Origin: Candidatus Saccharimonadota bacterium
GTDB taxonomy: Bacteria > Patescibacteriota > Saccharimonadia > CAILAD01 > BJGX01
Reading direction: 5' to 3'
NCBI GenBank assembly: GCA_046350735.1
Contig: JAXLZU010000001.1
Span: forward strand, 76,530-140,529
DNA: 64,000 bases
Below, one piece after another: positions 37,230 to 47,295 of the stretch (positions are counted from its first letter, which is position 1; every line of letters begins with the position of its first letter). The notes below the pieces were generated by a model. The model was not told the origin of the DNA, did no database searches, and saw nothing but the letters and a program-made list of their open reading frames with translations. Position numbers and translations under genes: made by a program.

Positions 37230-37973
37230 ATGGACGTAAAGAAAACACCAAAAAAACCTGCTACATCAACTAATCAGGCGGCTCCTGCTGCTACCCCAGA
37301 ACCTACACAGGCAAGTGCACCACAAGCTACCAAAAAGAATAATGGTATGGCTGTTGCTGCTCTAATACTGGTAATTATTGGTATCTTTGTTCCGGGCCTC
37401 AGCATTATTGGTATTATTCTAGCTATTGTAGCTCTGGTACAAACAAAAAAGACCAACGAAGGTGGCCGTGGCATGGCAATAGCTGCCTTAGTTATTGCGA
37501 TTATCGAAATTCTACTTGGTGCAATATTGCTGTTTGTTGTTATGTTTGCTTTTAATAAAGCACTCAAAGATAACGGGGTGAACGTTAATAATGGCAGTGT
37601 TAATGTAACAGGTAAAAACGGCGAATCTCTCAGTGTAGGTAATGCTAAAGTCCCAGATGGCTTCCCTAGCGACGTGCCAATTTATAAGCCCTCTGATGTA
37701 ATACTCTCACTCAAAACAAAAGAAGGTTACAATGTAACTTTGGCTACCAGCGATAGCGCACAGCAAGTATCTGATTATTATCAAACCCAGATGGTTAACA
37801 ACGGCTGGACAAAAGATGATACTGGTGCAGTCTTTAATGCTAATGTTGTACAGTCTTATAGTAAGGGTGATAGCCAGGTAGAACTTCTTATTGGTAGTAA
37901 TTCAAAATCAACAAATGATAAGAAGACTACAGTAAGTATTACTTATGTAAATAAAGCAAATAGCTCACAATAG
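37230..37973 (+). CDS. DUF4190-domain membrane protein with an extracellular domain
   Basis: NGMAVAALI...GIILAIVAL....GRGMAIAAL; PDGFPSDVPIY. Confidence 0.7.
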   Translation: MDVKKTPKKPATSTNQAAPAATPEPTQASAPQATKKNNGMAVAALILVIIGIFVPGLSIIGIILAIVALVQTKKTNEGGRGMAIAALVIAIIEILLGAILLFVVMFAFNKALKDNGVNVNNGSVNVTGKNGESLSVGNAKVPDGFPSDVPIYKPSDVILSLKTKEGYNVTLATSDSAQQVSDYYQTQMVNNGWTKDDTGAVFNANVVQSYSKGDSQVELLIGSNSKSTNDKKTTVSITYVNKANSSQ

Positions 37974-37991
37974 ATTTAGATCTAAATAAAT

Positions 37992-38579
37992 ATGAGTATT
38001 AATACCGCCGACGTCCAAGCAGTTTTAAAACCGAGCATAAAACGAATTGCCTGGACGTTTGGCATTGCTGTTGTACTGCTAATAATACTTAATATTAACT
38101 TAATAATATTGCAGTCAACCTCTAATACTATCCTTGCTCAAAGCGATGTTCAGGATAGTATTATTTCGCAGTTACAAGCCTGGACTTCTTCACCAATATT
38201 AAATCTTGCTATTCTTGTTATCTTTTGGGTATGTGTTGGGCTTATTGCTTATTCGATAATCTACGCAATTTATAGTCTTGCTACCGAAGCGCAAAATGAA
38301 GTGGTTGTAGAAGAAGAGTATGTAAACAGGGGTGAGACCAAAAAACGCCTAAAAGGCTCGGCATATGCCCTTGGTATTATTGGCGGCATAATAATACTCG
38401 GCCTTCTTAGTCTGAGAATATTAGTACCGCTCTGGAATAGTTGGTTTGAAAACTTTATTTTAGGAATTCGCTCAACCCCAATTACAGCAATTCTTTACCT
38501 TCTTGCTTCACTTATTGGTCTTGGAATAAATGTGTATTTATTTGAAATACTTATTAACTGGTCGCTTTATTTAGAGTAG
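37992..38579 (+). CDS. Hypothetical membrane protein
   Basis: 4 hydrophobic segments. Confidence 0.65.
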   Translation: MSINTADVQAVLKPSIKRIAWTFGIAVVLLIILNINLIILQSTSNTILAQSDVQDSIISQLQAWTSSPILNLAILVIFWVCVGLIAYSIIYAIYSLATEAQNEVVVEEEYVNRGETKKRLKGSAYALGIIGGIIILGLLSLRILVPLWNSWFENFILGIRSTPITAILYLLASLIGLGINVYLFEILINWSLYLE

Positions 38580-38891
38580 TTACTTTAGCTTGGATAAGTC
38601 CCATTTACGTTGCCAGTTGGTATCCATCTTTTTTCTATAAATATCTGCAGGGTCGTACCCGAGCACTTTGATGAGTTGAATACATTGCACAATAACATCA
38701 ATGCATTCTTCGGCAGTGTGTTCACTAGCTTCATCATTCTTAAAAGATTCTTGAATTTCTTTGGCTTCTAAACAAACGCGCTCTATGAGAAATCCTGTAG
38801 CATCCTTTGTAATGGGGAAGCCTTTAGCTCGGGCAAGATTCAAGACCTCATTACCAATCTGGGTAAGATCTTGGTCTTTTGGGTATTTCAT
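38580..38891 (-). CDS. MazG-like nucleotide pyrophosphohydrolase
   Basis: E..E....EECIDV....K...N..R.W. Confidence 0.65.
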   Translation of the reverse strand: MKYPKDQDLTQIGNEVLNLARAKGFPITKDATGFLIERVCLEAKEIQESFKNDEASEHTAEECIDVIVQCIQLIKVLGYDPADIYRKKMDTNWQRKWDLSKLK

Positions 38892-38894
38892 TAC

Positions 38895-39518
38895 TTAATA
38901 CTTACGAATAAGACCGATAACTACACCCTGAATCTTGAGAGGAGTACCCGGCTCAACATAGATGGGTTCCATGCTTGAGTTAGCAGGCTGCAAGCGAATA
39001 CGTCTGGCTTCTTTATAATATCGTTTTAGGGTGGCTTCTGAGTTGTTGACAAGAGCAACTACTACATCACCATTACTAGGAACTTCTTTTTCTTGCACCA
39101 CCACATAGTCACCGTCGTGAATGCCGTCTTCTATCATACTTTCGCCTTTTACTTGTAAGACATACGAGTTTTTAGAACCAACCATAAATGGTGGTACCTC
39201 AAGGGTTTCGGCGTGGCCAGTCATTGTCTCTATTGGGCTACCAGCCGCAATAAGACCGAGAATAGGGAGGCCAACCCCCGGCTTATTTACTTGTTCTTGA
39301 ACATCTTCTACCGGAATAAGTGATCGTGCTGAATTATTACCTTTTTGTAACAGCCCTTTAGCCACGAGTGTATCGATATGTTGTGCAACGGTAGCAACCG
39401 AATTCAGCTTAAGACCGTTGGCGATTTCTCTATAGCTTGGTGAATAACCTTTTTGTTCAATAAAGGTAGTTATATAGTCGAGCGTCTTTCTTTGTTTCTT
39501 AGTGAGTGCTTGTTTCAT
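38895..39518 (-). CDS. lexA: SOS repressor LexA
   Basis: LTKKQ...GYSPSYREIA wHTH, IAAG.P cleavage site, GESM, ATLKR; start at ATG 39518 after a GGAGG SD. Confidence 0.95.
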   Translation of the reverse strand: MKQALTKKQRKTLDYITTFIEQKGYSPSYREIANGLKLNSVATVAQHIDTLVAKGLLQKGNNSARSLIPVEDVQEQVNKPGVGLPILGLIAAGSPIETMTGHAETLEVPPFMVGSKNSYVLQVKGESMIEDGIHDGDYVVVQEKEVPSNGDVVVALVNNSEATLKRYYKEARRIRLQPANSSMEPIYVEPGTPLKIQGVVIGLIRKY

Positions 39519-39549
39519 GTAGTATCCCTCCGAAATATTACTTACTAAT

Positions 39550-39579
39550 ATAATAACGAACAGCATACGAACATGTCAA
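39550..39579 (-). promoter_or_regulatory. lexA promoter with a candidate direct-repeat operator
   Basis: Minus strand: TTGACA (39579-39574), TATTAT (39555-39550); GTTC-N7-GTTC (39572-39558) between them. Confidence 0.55.
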
Positions 39580-39884
39580 CATAAAAAGTAAACATTTTTC
39601 TAAAATAGTATGTTTTAACCTGTTGAAGTTTCTATTTATGCCGGGGATTGTAGATACTTTTTGTGATAAATAGTAATCATTTTTTTTCTTGGAAACACAC
39701 GACTTTTCTAGAAGAAATACAAATGTACATATGGGAATTATCATGTATTGTGTCTCTTGCAGAATTAGAGTCTTTAACTGAAGCAATAAACAGCATTACT
39801 TATGGTATAACTGCCAAAAATAAAACTAAATATGCTGCAATTAATTGCGGAATATGGATAATGTACTCTTACGGAATAATTTAA

Positions 39885-40292
39885 CTATATAGCTCGCATA
39901 CGATTGCTACGCGAATTGTGTTCGACTTCCGCCAATCTAAGCTCTTCTAATAGTGGTGGCATGTACATACCAAACCTTCCACGCAGGCCTTTTTTGAGGC
40001 CATACCATCCACCTACTGGATTACTAGAGGATCGGCCCCATGCCTCAACTGTTCCTTCCTTGGCAGGCTTTTGTTCGTCAGCACTACCAAGCTCCATCCA
40101 GTCACCATGTTTCTTGAGCATAGCATGCAAATCGTTAATTGCCCGTTTATCGTAGAGCAGGGTTGTCTTGCCAACAACACACACTATTACTTCCTTACCA
40201 TCTTTTTCGTCTAAGTACATTTCATATTCGGATGAAAGTGGTGGTGTTTTTAGTTTCCATGGGTTTTCTTTTGTGCCTTTTTCTGCTGACAT
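39885..40292 (-). CDS. Conserved hypothetical protein (DUF6855-like)
   Basis: PWKLKTPP, LGSADEQKP, GWYGLKKGLRGRFG; SD AAGGAG. Confidence 0.7.
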   Translation of the reverse strand: MSAEKGTKENPWKLKTPPLSSEYEMYLDEKDGKEVIVCVVGKTTLLYDKRAINDLHAMLKKHGDWMELGSADEQKPAKEGTVEAWGRSSSNPVGGWYGLKKGLRGRFGMYMPPLLEELRLAEVEHNSRSNRMRAI

Positions 40293-40312
40293 AATTACTC
40301 CTTTAAGTTTGT

Positions 40313-40747
40313 TTATTGGCTATTGAATGACTCTTTGTAGTTCGATAGAAATGCATTTGTAATCATTTGTTTTAATGTTTCAATATCTATATCCTTTAAT
40401 GATTTAATATAAAGACATCCTTTACCTACTTTATGTGGTCCAAGTTTTTTGAGTAACTCATTATTGGTGTGCATAAGATCATACATAACAAGGCCATAAA
40501 TCGTTAAAGCTTGCTTACGTGGAGAAAAGCCTACACGCAATGAGTCTCCCTCGCGCCCAGATTGGTACTTATAATGATAACTACCATAACCTACTATACT
40601 TGAGCCCCACATGACTGGTTCTTCGCCAGTGCATACTTTGAATATTTCGAGCAATTGTATACTGTCTTGTTTTCGAGCTTCATTTTCAATAGCATTTATA
40701 AAATCTTTAACACTTGAATTATTCTTCTGGGTCTTATTCTCTGTCAT
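40313..40747 (-). CDS. DUF1801 domain protein
   Basis: MWGSSIVGYGSYHYKY.SGREGD, GFSPRK, GKGCLYIK. Confidence 0.85.
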   Translation of the reverse strand: MTENKTQKNNSSVKDFINAIENEARKQDSIQLLEIFKVCTGEEPVMWGSSIVGYGSYHYKYQSGREGDSLRVGFSPRKQALTIYGLVMYDLMHTNNELLKKLGPHKVGKGCLYIKSLKDIDIETLKQMITNAFLSNYKESFNSQ

Positions 40748-40808
40748 GCCCTAATTATATCAAATGCAAATATTTAACCCTGTTACAAACATAAATGTAT
40801 TAGAGAGT

Positions 40809-41375
40809 TTACTTACCATTTTTGTTTTGGTAGTCGAGAATTGCTTGAGAAACTTTACCGTCTGCTTTTAAGTTCTCCCAGAAAAGAATCTCTTTTTTGT
40901 TGATATACATACTATCTTCTGGCCCATGTAATTCATTACCAAGCTTAGTGAGTGAAAGTTGTGGCTGAGTAGTATTATTTTGCGTTTGGCCGTTTTGCTG
41001 ACCCTGTACCTGAAGGTAGAAGATGTTTGTTAGTTTGACGTATTCATCATTAATATTTGAGATTTTACCAAAGTAAACCATATTGTTACTCAAGAAAACC
41101 GCCTGATAGCCCTTTGAATTAACAGCACCACTGGTATTTATCGTGCCCCACAGCATAGTGAGGGCTGCGCAAACCAATACTAAGGCAATGGCAGCTAGAG
41201 CAATAACCCCTACTAAGAAAGGTGCCTTAGACTGCTTGGGCGGACGTGGCGGAGGCGGGGTAGCTGGTCGATGAGGTGGTGGTGGGGAAGTCTGTGGGCG
41301 TACAGCTGGCCGAGGGCGGGCAGCATGACGCATACTTGGTGGTATACCAGTAGGACGGCCAGGTTTAGATTCCAT
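40809..41375 (-). CDS. Single-TM conserved hypothetical protein with a Pro-rich N-terminus
   Basis: YQAVFL.N..VYFGK...L.KLGNELHGPED.M.IN...I.F.ENLK; SD AAGGAG. Confidence 0.75.
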   Translation of the reverse strand: MESKPGRPTGIPPSMRHAARPRPAVRPQTSPPPPHRPATPPPPRPPKQSKAPFLVGVIALAAIALVLVCAALTMLWGTINTSGAVNSKGYQAVFLSNNMVYFGKISNINDEYVKLTNIFYLQVQGQQNGQTQNNTTQPQLSLTKLGNELHGPEDSMYINKKEILFWENLKADGKVSQAILDYQNKNGK

Positions 41376-41555
41376 AAATATTAACTCCTTTGCTTTACAA
41401 ACCTATTACTTACTCTATTCTAACCATATCGCTCATGCTTAGCAACGGGTTTTGACGGGTTAGGATGCAAAAAACTTCGAATTTGCCTATTGACATCACC
41501 TTACAGGTTTCGTAATCTTAAGAACATAAGTAAAAATTAATTGAGGAGGAGTTAA

Positions 41556-41759
41556 ATGACTTACGAACACACTAATTCTAGAGGTCAAAAATATTTTCTT
41601 CACCAGCGAGAAGTAACTCTCAAAGGTGGACGCTTGCAAACAATTTACTTTTTTGCACGCGAAGTTAAAGATGGTGCTATCGATGCACTACCAGAAGGTT
41701 ACGAAGTAGTAGAAAACACTCGTACTGGTCTTCCAATTCTTAAAAAATCTAACAAGTAG
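41556..41759 (+). CDS. Small conserved hypothetical protein
   Basis: TTGACA promoter, strong SD GAGGAGGAG, terminator at 41782-41803; LPEGYEVVEN.RTGLP.LKK. Confidence 0.8.
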   Translation: MTYEHTNSRGQKYFLHQREVTLKGGRLQTIYFFAREVKDGAIDALPEGYEVVENTRTGLPILKKSNK

Positions 41760-41884
41760 ATTTAGACAGAATTTATGCAGAGGCGCCCTTATGGGCGCTT
41801 TTTGTTAATAGTGAAAACAGATTGAAAAAAAGTATTTTTTCAGATAGAATGAGTGAGTTATTTAAGATAATTTAATGATTTCGA

Positions 41885-41960
41885 GGGCCCGTAGCTCAGT
41901 GGTTAGAGCAGTCGGCTCATAACCGATTGGTCCCTGGTTCAAATCCAGGCGGGCCCACCA
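41885..41960 (+). tRNA. tRNA with CAT anticodon, most likely tRNA-Ile2 (lysidine-modified)
   Basis: GGGCCCG...GTCGG-CTCATAA-CCGAT...CGGGCCC-A-CCA; Ile2-type acceptor stem; terminator at 41971-41998. Confidence 0.85.
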
Positions 41961-41996
41961 GTAATTATAAAAAAGACCCTAGTAGTGGGTCTTTTT

Positions 41997-42290
41997 TTAT
42001 TTCTGGCTATTATGTCGCTGTTTTTCTACCTCTAATTGCAGGCGAGCAGTGTGGCCGATAGAACCTTTGTCGGTTACTTCTGAGTATCGTGGCATATTAC
42101 CTCTGGTGGCATTTATTTTTTGCTGTAGCTCATATGTCTTTTTGGCTGCCACACTTTCTTCTAAATGTCTCTCGGTAGCTCGGTCGGCAGGTGGTTCTGA
42201 CGAGTCGATAACCACCGACTCGTAATCGGCTGGTGTTACCAGGCGGGGTGGTGTAAAGCGTTGTATTCGACTTGTATTTTCACCATTCAT
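41997..42290 (-). CDS. Hypothetical protein
   Basis: 97-aa ORF converging on the bidirectional tRNA terminator. Confidence 0.5.
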   Translation of the reverse strand: MNGENTSRIQRFTPPRLVTPADYESVVIDSSEPPADRATERHLEESVAAKKTYELQQKINATRGNMPRYSEVTDKGSIGHTARLQLEVEKQRHNSQK

Positions 42291-42406
42291 AATCTTATTG
42301 TAAGAACCAGATACAAAAATGGCAAATCTAACTTTCTTATGCTTGAAAATGTAGCTAAGTTAGGCCAAAATTGTGCGAGTACCTTCCCAACAAGTAGAGG
42401 TGAGCA

Positions 42407-43324
42407 ATGCCACGTAACTTTATGCAGTTGCTACAGGCCCAGCAAGACAAGGGGAACTTTGTCTGTGTTGGTCTCGATAGTGATCAGAAGAGATTACCCG
42501 GCTACCTAGTTACAAAATATAACGGCTATCTACGAGCTCAAATTGAATTCAATAGAAGCATTATCGATGCTACCAAAGATTTTGCAGGTGCATATAAGCC
42601 AAATTTAGCGTTTTACCCTGATGCTTCAGGTAAGACTGTCTTAAAAAGTGCTATTGATTATATTCGTCAGGTTGCTCCAGATGTTCCAGTAATTCTCGAT
42701 GCCAAGCAGGGCGATATTGGCAATACTAATAATGGTTATGTGTTTGATGACTTTGGCTATTATGGTGCAGATGCGGCAACAGTACACAATTATATGGGTA
42801 TGGAAGCAATGCGACCATTCTTAGATAATCCCGACAATGGTGTTATTGTGCTCTGTCGTACCAGTAATGATGGCGCTGGTGAGTTACAAGATCTGATGGT
42901 GCAACCTTCAGCTGAAGAAGCGAAGGCTATTGGTATCCCTTCACTACTTTCGATACCGCTCTACGAGTATATTGCCTACAGGGTGTCGCGCGCGTGGAAC
43001 TACAATGAGAATGTGTGTGTTGTAGTTGGTGCTACTAGACCAGAAGAACTGGCTGAGGTTCGTCGTATTGTTGGTGACATGCCAATTTTGTTACCTGGCA
43101 TTGGTGCTCAGGGTGGAGACCTTGAGGCTACTATTGATGCCGGTAAGAACAGTAAGGACCAGGGCATGATTATTAACAATAGTCGTGGCATTATCTTTGC
43201 CTACGAAAAAGATGATGAATACGGAGAAGATCAATTTGGTCTTGCTGCCCGTAAGGCCGGACTAGCTATGCACCATGCAATTCGCGAACATCTTGGTTTG
43301 CCATATGGCCAGCTGAACATCTGA
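42407..43324 (+). CDS. pyrF: Orotidine-5'-phosphate decarboxylase
   Basis: CVGLD, YKPNLAFY, ILDAKQGDIGNT, LCRTSN, VVGAT, PGIGAQGG, SRGII. Confidence 0.93.
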   Translation: MPRNFMQLLQAQQDKGNFVCVGLDSDQKRLPGYLVTKYNGYLRAQIEFNRSIIDATKDFAGAYKPNLAFYPDASGKTVLKSAIDYIRQVAPDVPVILDAKQGDIGNTNNGYVFDDFGYYGADAATVHNYMGMEAMRPFLDNPDNGVIVLCRTSNDGAGELQDLMVQPSAEEAKAIGIPSLLSIPLYEYIAYRVSRAWNYNENVCVVVGATRPEELAEVRRIVGDMPILLPGIGAQGGDLEATIDAGKNSKDQGMIINNSRGIIFAYEKDDEYGEDQFGLAARKAGLAMHHAIREHLGLPYGQLNI

Positions 43325-43335
43325 AAGGACACACC

Positions 43336-44070
43336 ATGAGCGATGAAGCCTTGGAGATGGTTACCAACTATGGTTGCCGGGTATTCGATGGTGAACACTT
43401 TGTGTATAAATCTGGTATGCATGGGCCGGCGTACATCAACGTAGACCCAGTACTGTACCAGCCATGGGCATTGTATAGTATTGGTCGCAAGTTGGCCGAG
43501 CCTTATATTCCTGCAGGATTGCGATCGTCTGGCGTGGTGCCAGATGTTGTGGCCGACCCTGCCGTGGGTGGAATTAGTTTTGGGCTAATGACAGCCCTTG
43601 CCATTAATGAGCGCATTGATGCCTTTGCTACCAATCTTACTATGCGAGAGCAGTATCCAGAGCAAGTTATGCATGTCTTTGCTGAGAAGCAAAAGACTGA
43701 CAATGGCCAAGAAATTTTTGTTATCTCTCGTACCGGCTTTGCTGCACAGTGCAAAGGTAAAAAGGTTTTGGTGGTAGAAGATATTCTTAACTCTGGTGTC
43801 AGCACTGCCGGAGTTATAGAATGTGTGCGGACTGCCGGCGGAGAAGTAATTGGCGTTGCTTGCCTAGTTAGTCGGGGCGGTGCCACCGCGGAATCACTCG
43901 GTGTACCACGCTTTGACGCGCTTATTGACATTAATATGCTGCAATACGACGCAGCTACATGTCCGCTTTGCGCCGAGCGTCGGCCAATGGTGATAGATGA
44001 CTCACTTGGTAAAGGTAAAGGTTGGGCGGAGAAGCATTCTGACTACCCGACCAAATTACTACTTAACTAG
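43336..44070 (+). CDS. pyrE: Orotate phosphoribosyltransferase
   Basis: HFVYKSG.H...Y, VLVVEDILNSG PRPP loop, CPLC tail; adjacent to pyrF. Confidence 0.8.
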   Translation: MSDEALEMVTNYGCRVFDGEHFVYKSGMHGPAYINVDPVLYQPWALYSIGRKLAEPYIPAGLRSSGVVPDVVADPAVGGISFGLMTALAINERIDAFATNLTMREQYPEQVMHVFAEKQKTDNGQEIFVISRTGFAAQCKGKKVLVVEDILNSGVSTAGVIECVRTAGGEVIGVACLVSRGGATAESLGVPRFDALIDINMLQYDAATCPLCAERRPMVIDDSLGKGKGWAEKHSDYPTKLLLN

Positions 44071-44077
44071 ACAATTA

Positions 44078-44107
44078 TGCCTTTCGATATATCGAAAGGC
44101 TTTTTTA
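44078..44107 (+). terminator. Rho-independent terminator after pyrE
   Basis: GCCTTTCGAT-AT-ATCGAAAGGC-TTTTTT. Confidence 0.75.
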
Positions 44108-44136
44108 ATATCTGAAAAATTGCTAGAGTATAAATA

Positions 44137-44886
44137 ATGATTATTGAGGTAAAAAATCTAAAGAAAGAATACGGCAAAGTAAAAGCCGTACGGGGTGTTA
44201 GCTTTGCTGTAGAAGAAGGCGAGGTGTTCGGTATACTTGGGCCAAATGGTGCAGGTAAAACCACAACACTTGAGATGATGGAAGGATTGCGCGAGGTGAG
44301 TAGTGGCAGTATTGATATTGACGGTATTGATGTACGTAAGAACCCAGATGATGTAAAAGAAATTATTGGCGTACAGTTGCAGAGTAGTGCTTTTTTTGAA
44401 CACCTTAGTTTGGTCGAGCTGCTGAAGGTTTTTCGTGATCTCTATAGCACACGACGCGATCCACACGAGTTATTAAAAGAAGTTGGGCTAAGTAAAAAGG
44501 CAAAAGCACAAGTAAAAGAACTTTCTGGTGGACAAAAACAGCGCTTTAGTATAGCCGCTGCATTGGTTAATGACCCAACGGTATTATTCTTAGACGAGCC
44601 AACCACTGGGCTCGACCCGCAAGCAAGACGCAACCTCTGGGAGCTCGTGCAACAAATAAAAGCGAAGGGTAAAACCATTATTCTTACCACACATTATATG
44701 GATGAGGCAGAGCTGCTTTGCGACAGGATTGCCATTATGGATAATGGCAAAATTATTGCCCTTGATACCCCACAAAATCTGATTGATGCATTATTAAAGC
44801 GCGGTTTTAAAAAGAAAATGCCTACTAACAAGGCAAATTTAGAGGATGTATTTATTGATCTAACAGGAAAGGCTATTAGAGACTAG
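44137..44886 (+). CDS. ABC transporter ATP-binding protein
   Basis: GPNGAGKTT, LSGGQKQR, FLDEPTTGLDP, TTHYMDEA. Confidence 0.92.
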   Translation: MIIEVKNLKKEYGKVKAVRGVSFAVEEGEVFGILGPNGAGKTTTLEMMEGLREVSSGSIDIDGIDVRKNPDDVKEIIGVQLQSSAFFEHLSLVELLKVFRDLYSTRRDPHELLKEVGLSKKAKAQVKELSGGQKQRFSIAAALVNDPTVLFLDEPTTGLDPQARRNLWELVQQIKAKGKTIILTTHYMDEAELLCDRIAIMDNGKIIALDTPQNLIDALLKRGFKKKMPTNKANLEDVFIDLTGKAIRD

Positions 44887-44887
44887 C

Positions 44888-46015
44888 ATGGATAAGCAAC
44901 ATCCACATCACAAAAAGCGTTGGTTGGCCTATAAAACTCTCACAGTTGCTAGTGTAAAAATGTACTTTCGTAATCGTTCTGCTGTATTCTTTACACTGTT
45001 TATTCCGGTGATGTTTATTCTTATTTTTGGCGCATTTAATTCTACCAAGCAAAGTAGTTTTAAGCTGACTATTGTAAATAATAGTAATAGCGAACTTGCC
45101 GGACAGTTTACCAGGGCATTAGAAGATAACAAAAATGTTTTTGATGCCTCGCAAAATAATCTAGATAATGCCAAAGATTTATTAGATAAGGGAAAAACAG
45201 ATTTAATAATTGTTGTACCACCCGAGTTTGGTGCTATCGATACGTCAACCCAAAAGCTAAAGAATGCTGAGATTATTACCTATTACAACAAAGGTCAGCC
45301 CCAAGCTGGCCAGGCCGCAAGCCTGGTAATTGGCCAGATAGTAAGCGGGTTTAATAATCAAATTACTCGTACACCAGTTATTTATAGTGTAAATTCGCAA
45401 GGAATTAACACTCACAATCTTAGTTACCTAGACTACTTAGTACCAGGCATTTTGGCTTTATCAATAATGCAGTTGGGTATTTTTAGTATTGCTTTTGCTT
45501 TTGTAAGTTTTAAATCGACCGGTGCTTTGCGCCGACTTTTTGTTACTCCAACACATCCAATTAGTTTTATTTTTGGCCAATCAGTTGCTCGCTTTCTAAT
45601 TGCATTTTTGCAAATAGGCCTGCTCTTGGCTTTGAGTATCTTGGTATTCAAAGTACATGTTGTGGGTAGTATCTTAAATATGTTTATCTTGGCTTTCTTA
45701 GGTATTATTGTATTTTTAATGTTTGGTTTTGCTGTGGCGGGTTGGGCAAAAGACGAAAATCAAGCGGCACCAATAGCCAACTTAATTACGTTTCCGATGC
45801 TGTTTCTCTCTGGCACGTTTATACCACGAGACAACTTACCAGTATGGCTGCAAAAAATAACCGGTATTTTACCACTAACATATCTAGCCGATGCAATGCG
45901 TTCGGTTTCTACTCTTGGGTATTCTCTTTGGCAGGTTAGAATGGATATCCTTGGGCTATTAGTCTGGGGTATTGTAATGTTTATAGTTGCAATTAAAGTC
46001 TTTAAATGGGAATAA
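44888..46015 (+). CDS. ABC-2 transporter permease
   Basis: YLDYLVPGILA, PMLFLSGTFIP, LPLTY, FKWE. Confidence 0.88.
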   Translation: MDKQHPHHKKRWLAYKTLTVASVKMYFRNRSAVFFTLFIPVMFILIFGAFNSTKQSSFKLTIVNNSNSELAGQFTRALEDNKNVFDASQNNLDNAKDLLDKGKTDLIIVVPPEFGAIDTSTQKLKNAEIITYYNKGQPQAGQAASLVIGQIVSGFNNQITRTPVIYSVNSQGINTHNLSYLDYLVPGILALSIMQLGIFSIAFAFVSFKSTGALRRLFVTPTHPISFIFGQSVARFLIAFLQIGLLLALSILVFKVHVVGSILNMFILAFLGIIVFLMFGFAVAGWAKDENQAAPIANLITFPMLFLSGTFIPRDNLPVWLQKITGILPLTYLADAMRSVSTLGYSLWQVRMDILGLLVWGIVMFIVAIKVFKWE

Positions 46016-47241
46016 GACCAGTCTCTAATACGTTGCGTAGTGCTTTAGTTAATGATAGCTGGGTACTAGTAGCTTCAGACTTGCATTTGGCGGCTAATAC
46101 AACTTCAGCAAGTCTAGCTGTGGAGCGTGAGTTGAGCAGAGCAATAAGCGAAGGAAGTAAGCATCAGCATGGCATTATTGTTCTTAATGGAGACATTATT
46201 GAGATGTGGGCTGGTGAACGACCAAGCGTAGTAAAGGCATTGAAGGCACACCCAAAATTAACCCGGGCGATTGCAGACTTTGCAAAACTACCAGACCATA
46301 AAGTCTTTTATGTAATCGGTAATCACGATGGCAAGCTTGGTTGGGACAAGAAAAGCCAAAAGGATGTGGCGAGTTATCTCTCTGCCAAGTTATGTTTTAC
46401 TCTTGAGCTAATATCTCCACAGGGCAGTATACGTTTTGAGCATGGTCATCGGTTTGACCCAGATAATTCGTTTGAAGACCCGCGCGACCCATATGACAAA
46501 CCATTTGGTCAGTACCTAGTTCAGCAAGCACTACCTTTAGTAAAGGAAAGCCAAGGCAAACTACTAGCTGGTATTGATCATTTAGCTGAGCCTCACCAGT
46601 TTCCAAAATTTGTTGCCAGTAGAGTTATGTATCGCGAGATAGTAAACCGTAGCTGGTGGCTATTAATACCAATCATTATTACACTCATAGGTCGTATAGT
46701 TGTAGGTCTGGGCATTTATCAAGTATCAGGAATAGACTCTAAGCATATTTTGGAGATAATTATTCTTACTGAGCTGGCAGTATTTATTAATGTTGCCTTG
46801 ATTGTTTTGGTGCTGGTCTTGATATTGCAAAATATTCTCAAGCGGGCTAAAGGTATACCTGGCCAAGGAGCTGGCATACATCATAATGACCCTCCACGTG
46901 ATGAAGCTAAGTTGCAAATCCATAAGGGTAATTTAGGTGTCATTACCGGCCATACGCATCGACCAGAGCTAACCAAAATTGAACATGGATTTTATGCTAA
47001 CAGCGGCTGTGGTACAAAAATGATTATGGCTAGTAAAGCAAAGTTTGGTCTGCCCAAGACATATATAGCAAAGAATCAATTAAGTTGGCTCGAGCTTACC
47101 TTTGCCGATAACTTAGATATAAACCTTTATAGCGGATCTACCGTGGTAGGTGAGCAAACTCGACTAGAACGCGCACTAACCAAGAAAAGGCATAGTGAGC
47201 AGCCAATTGGGTTACAAAAACACCTAAGAATTGAATTATAA
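46006..47241 (+). CDS. Metallophosphoesterase (LpxH-like motifs) with an internal TM hairpin
   Basis: SDLHL, NGDIIE, GNHD, EHGH, GHTH, ANSG. Confidence 0.75.
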   Translation: MGIRPVSNTLRSALVNDSWVLVASDLHLAANTTSASLAVERELSRAISEGSKHQHGIIVLNGDIIEMWAGERPSVVKALKAHPKLTRAIADFAKLPDHKVFYVIGNHDGKLGWDKKSQKDVASYLSAKLCFTLELISPQGSIRFEHGHRFDPDNSFEDPRDPYDKPFGQYLVQQALPLVKESQGKLLAGIDHLAEPHQFPKFVASRVMYREIVNRSWWLLIPIIITLIGRIVVGLGIYQVSGIDSKHILEIIILTELAVFINVALIVLVLVLILQNILKRAKGIPGQGAGIHHNDPPRDEAKLQIHKGNLGVITGHTHRPELTKIEHGFYANSGCGTKMIMASKAKFGLPKTYIAKNQLSWLELTFADNLDINLYSGSTVVGEQTRLERALTKKRHSEQPIGLQKHLRIEL

Positions 47242-47272
47242 AAAAAACACTACCGTTTCGATAATGTATTTT

Positions 47273-47295
47273 TTATTGGTGGCTGGAGCTGGAAT
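47273..47295 (-). repeat. 23-bp direct duplicate of the tRNA-Met 3' end and flank
   Basis: TTATTGGTGGCTGGAGCTGGAAT at 47273-47295 and 47436-47458. Confidence 0.9.

Noticed and set aside
39663-39884. 73-aa plus-strand ORF between lexA and the DUF6855-like gene
   Set aside because: No motif or start signal; the region may instead hold a broken minus-strand membrane gene, which cannot be resolved here.
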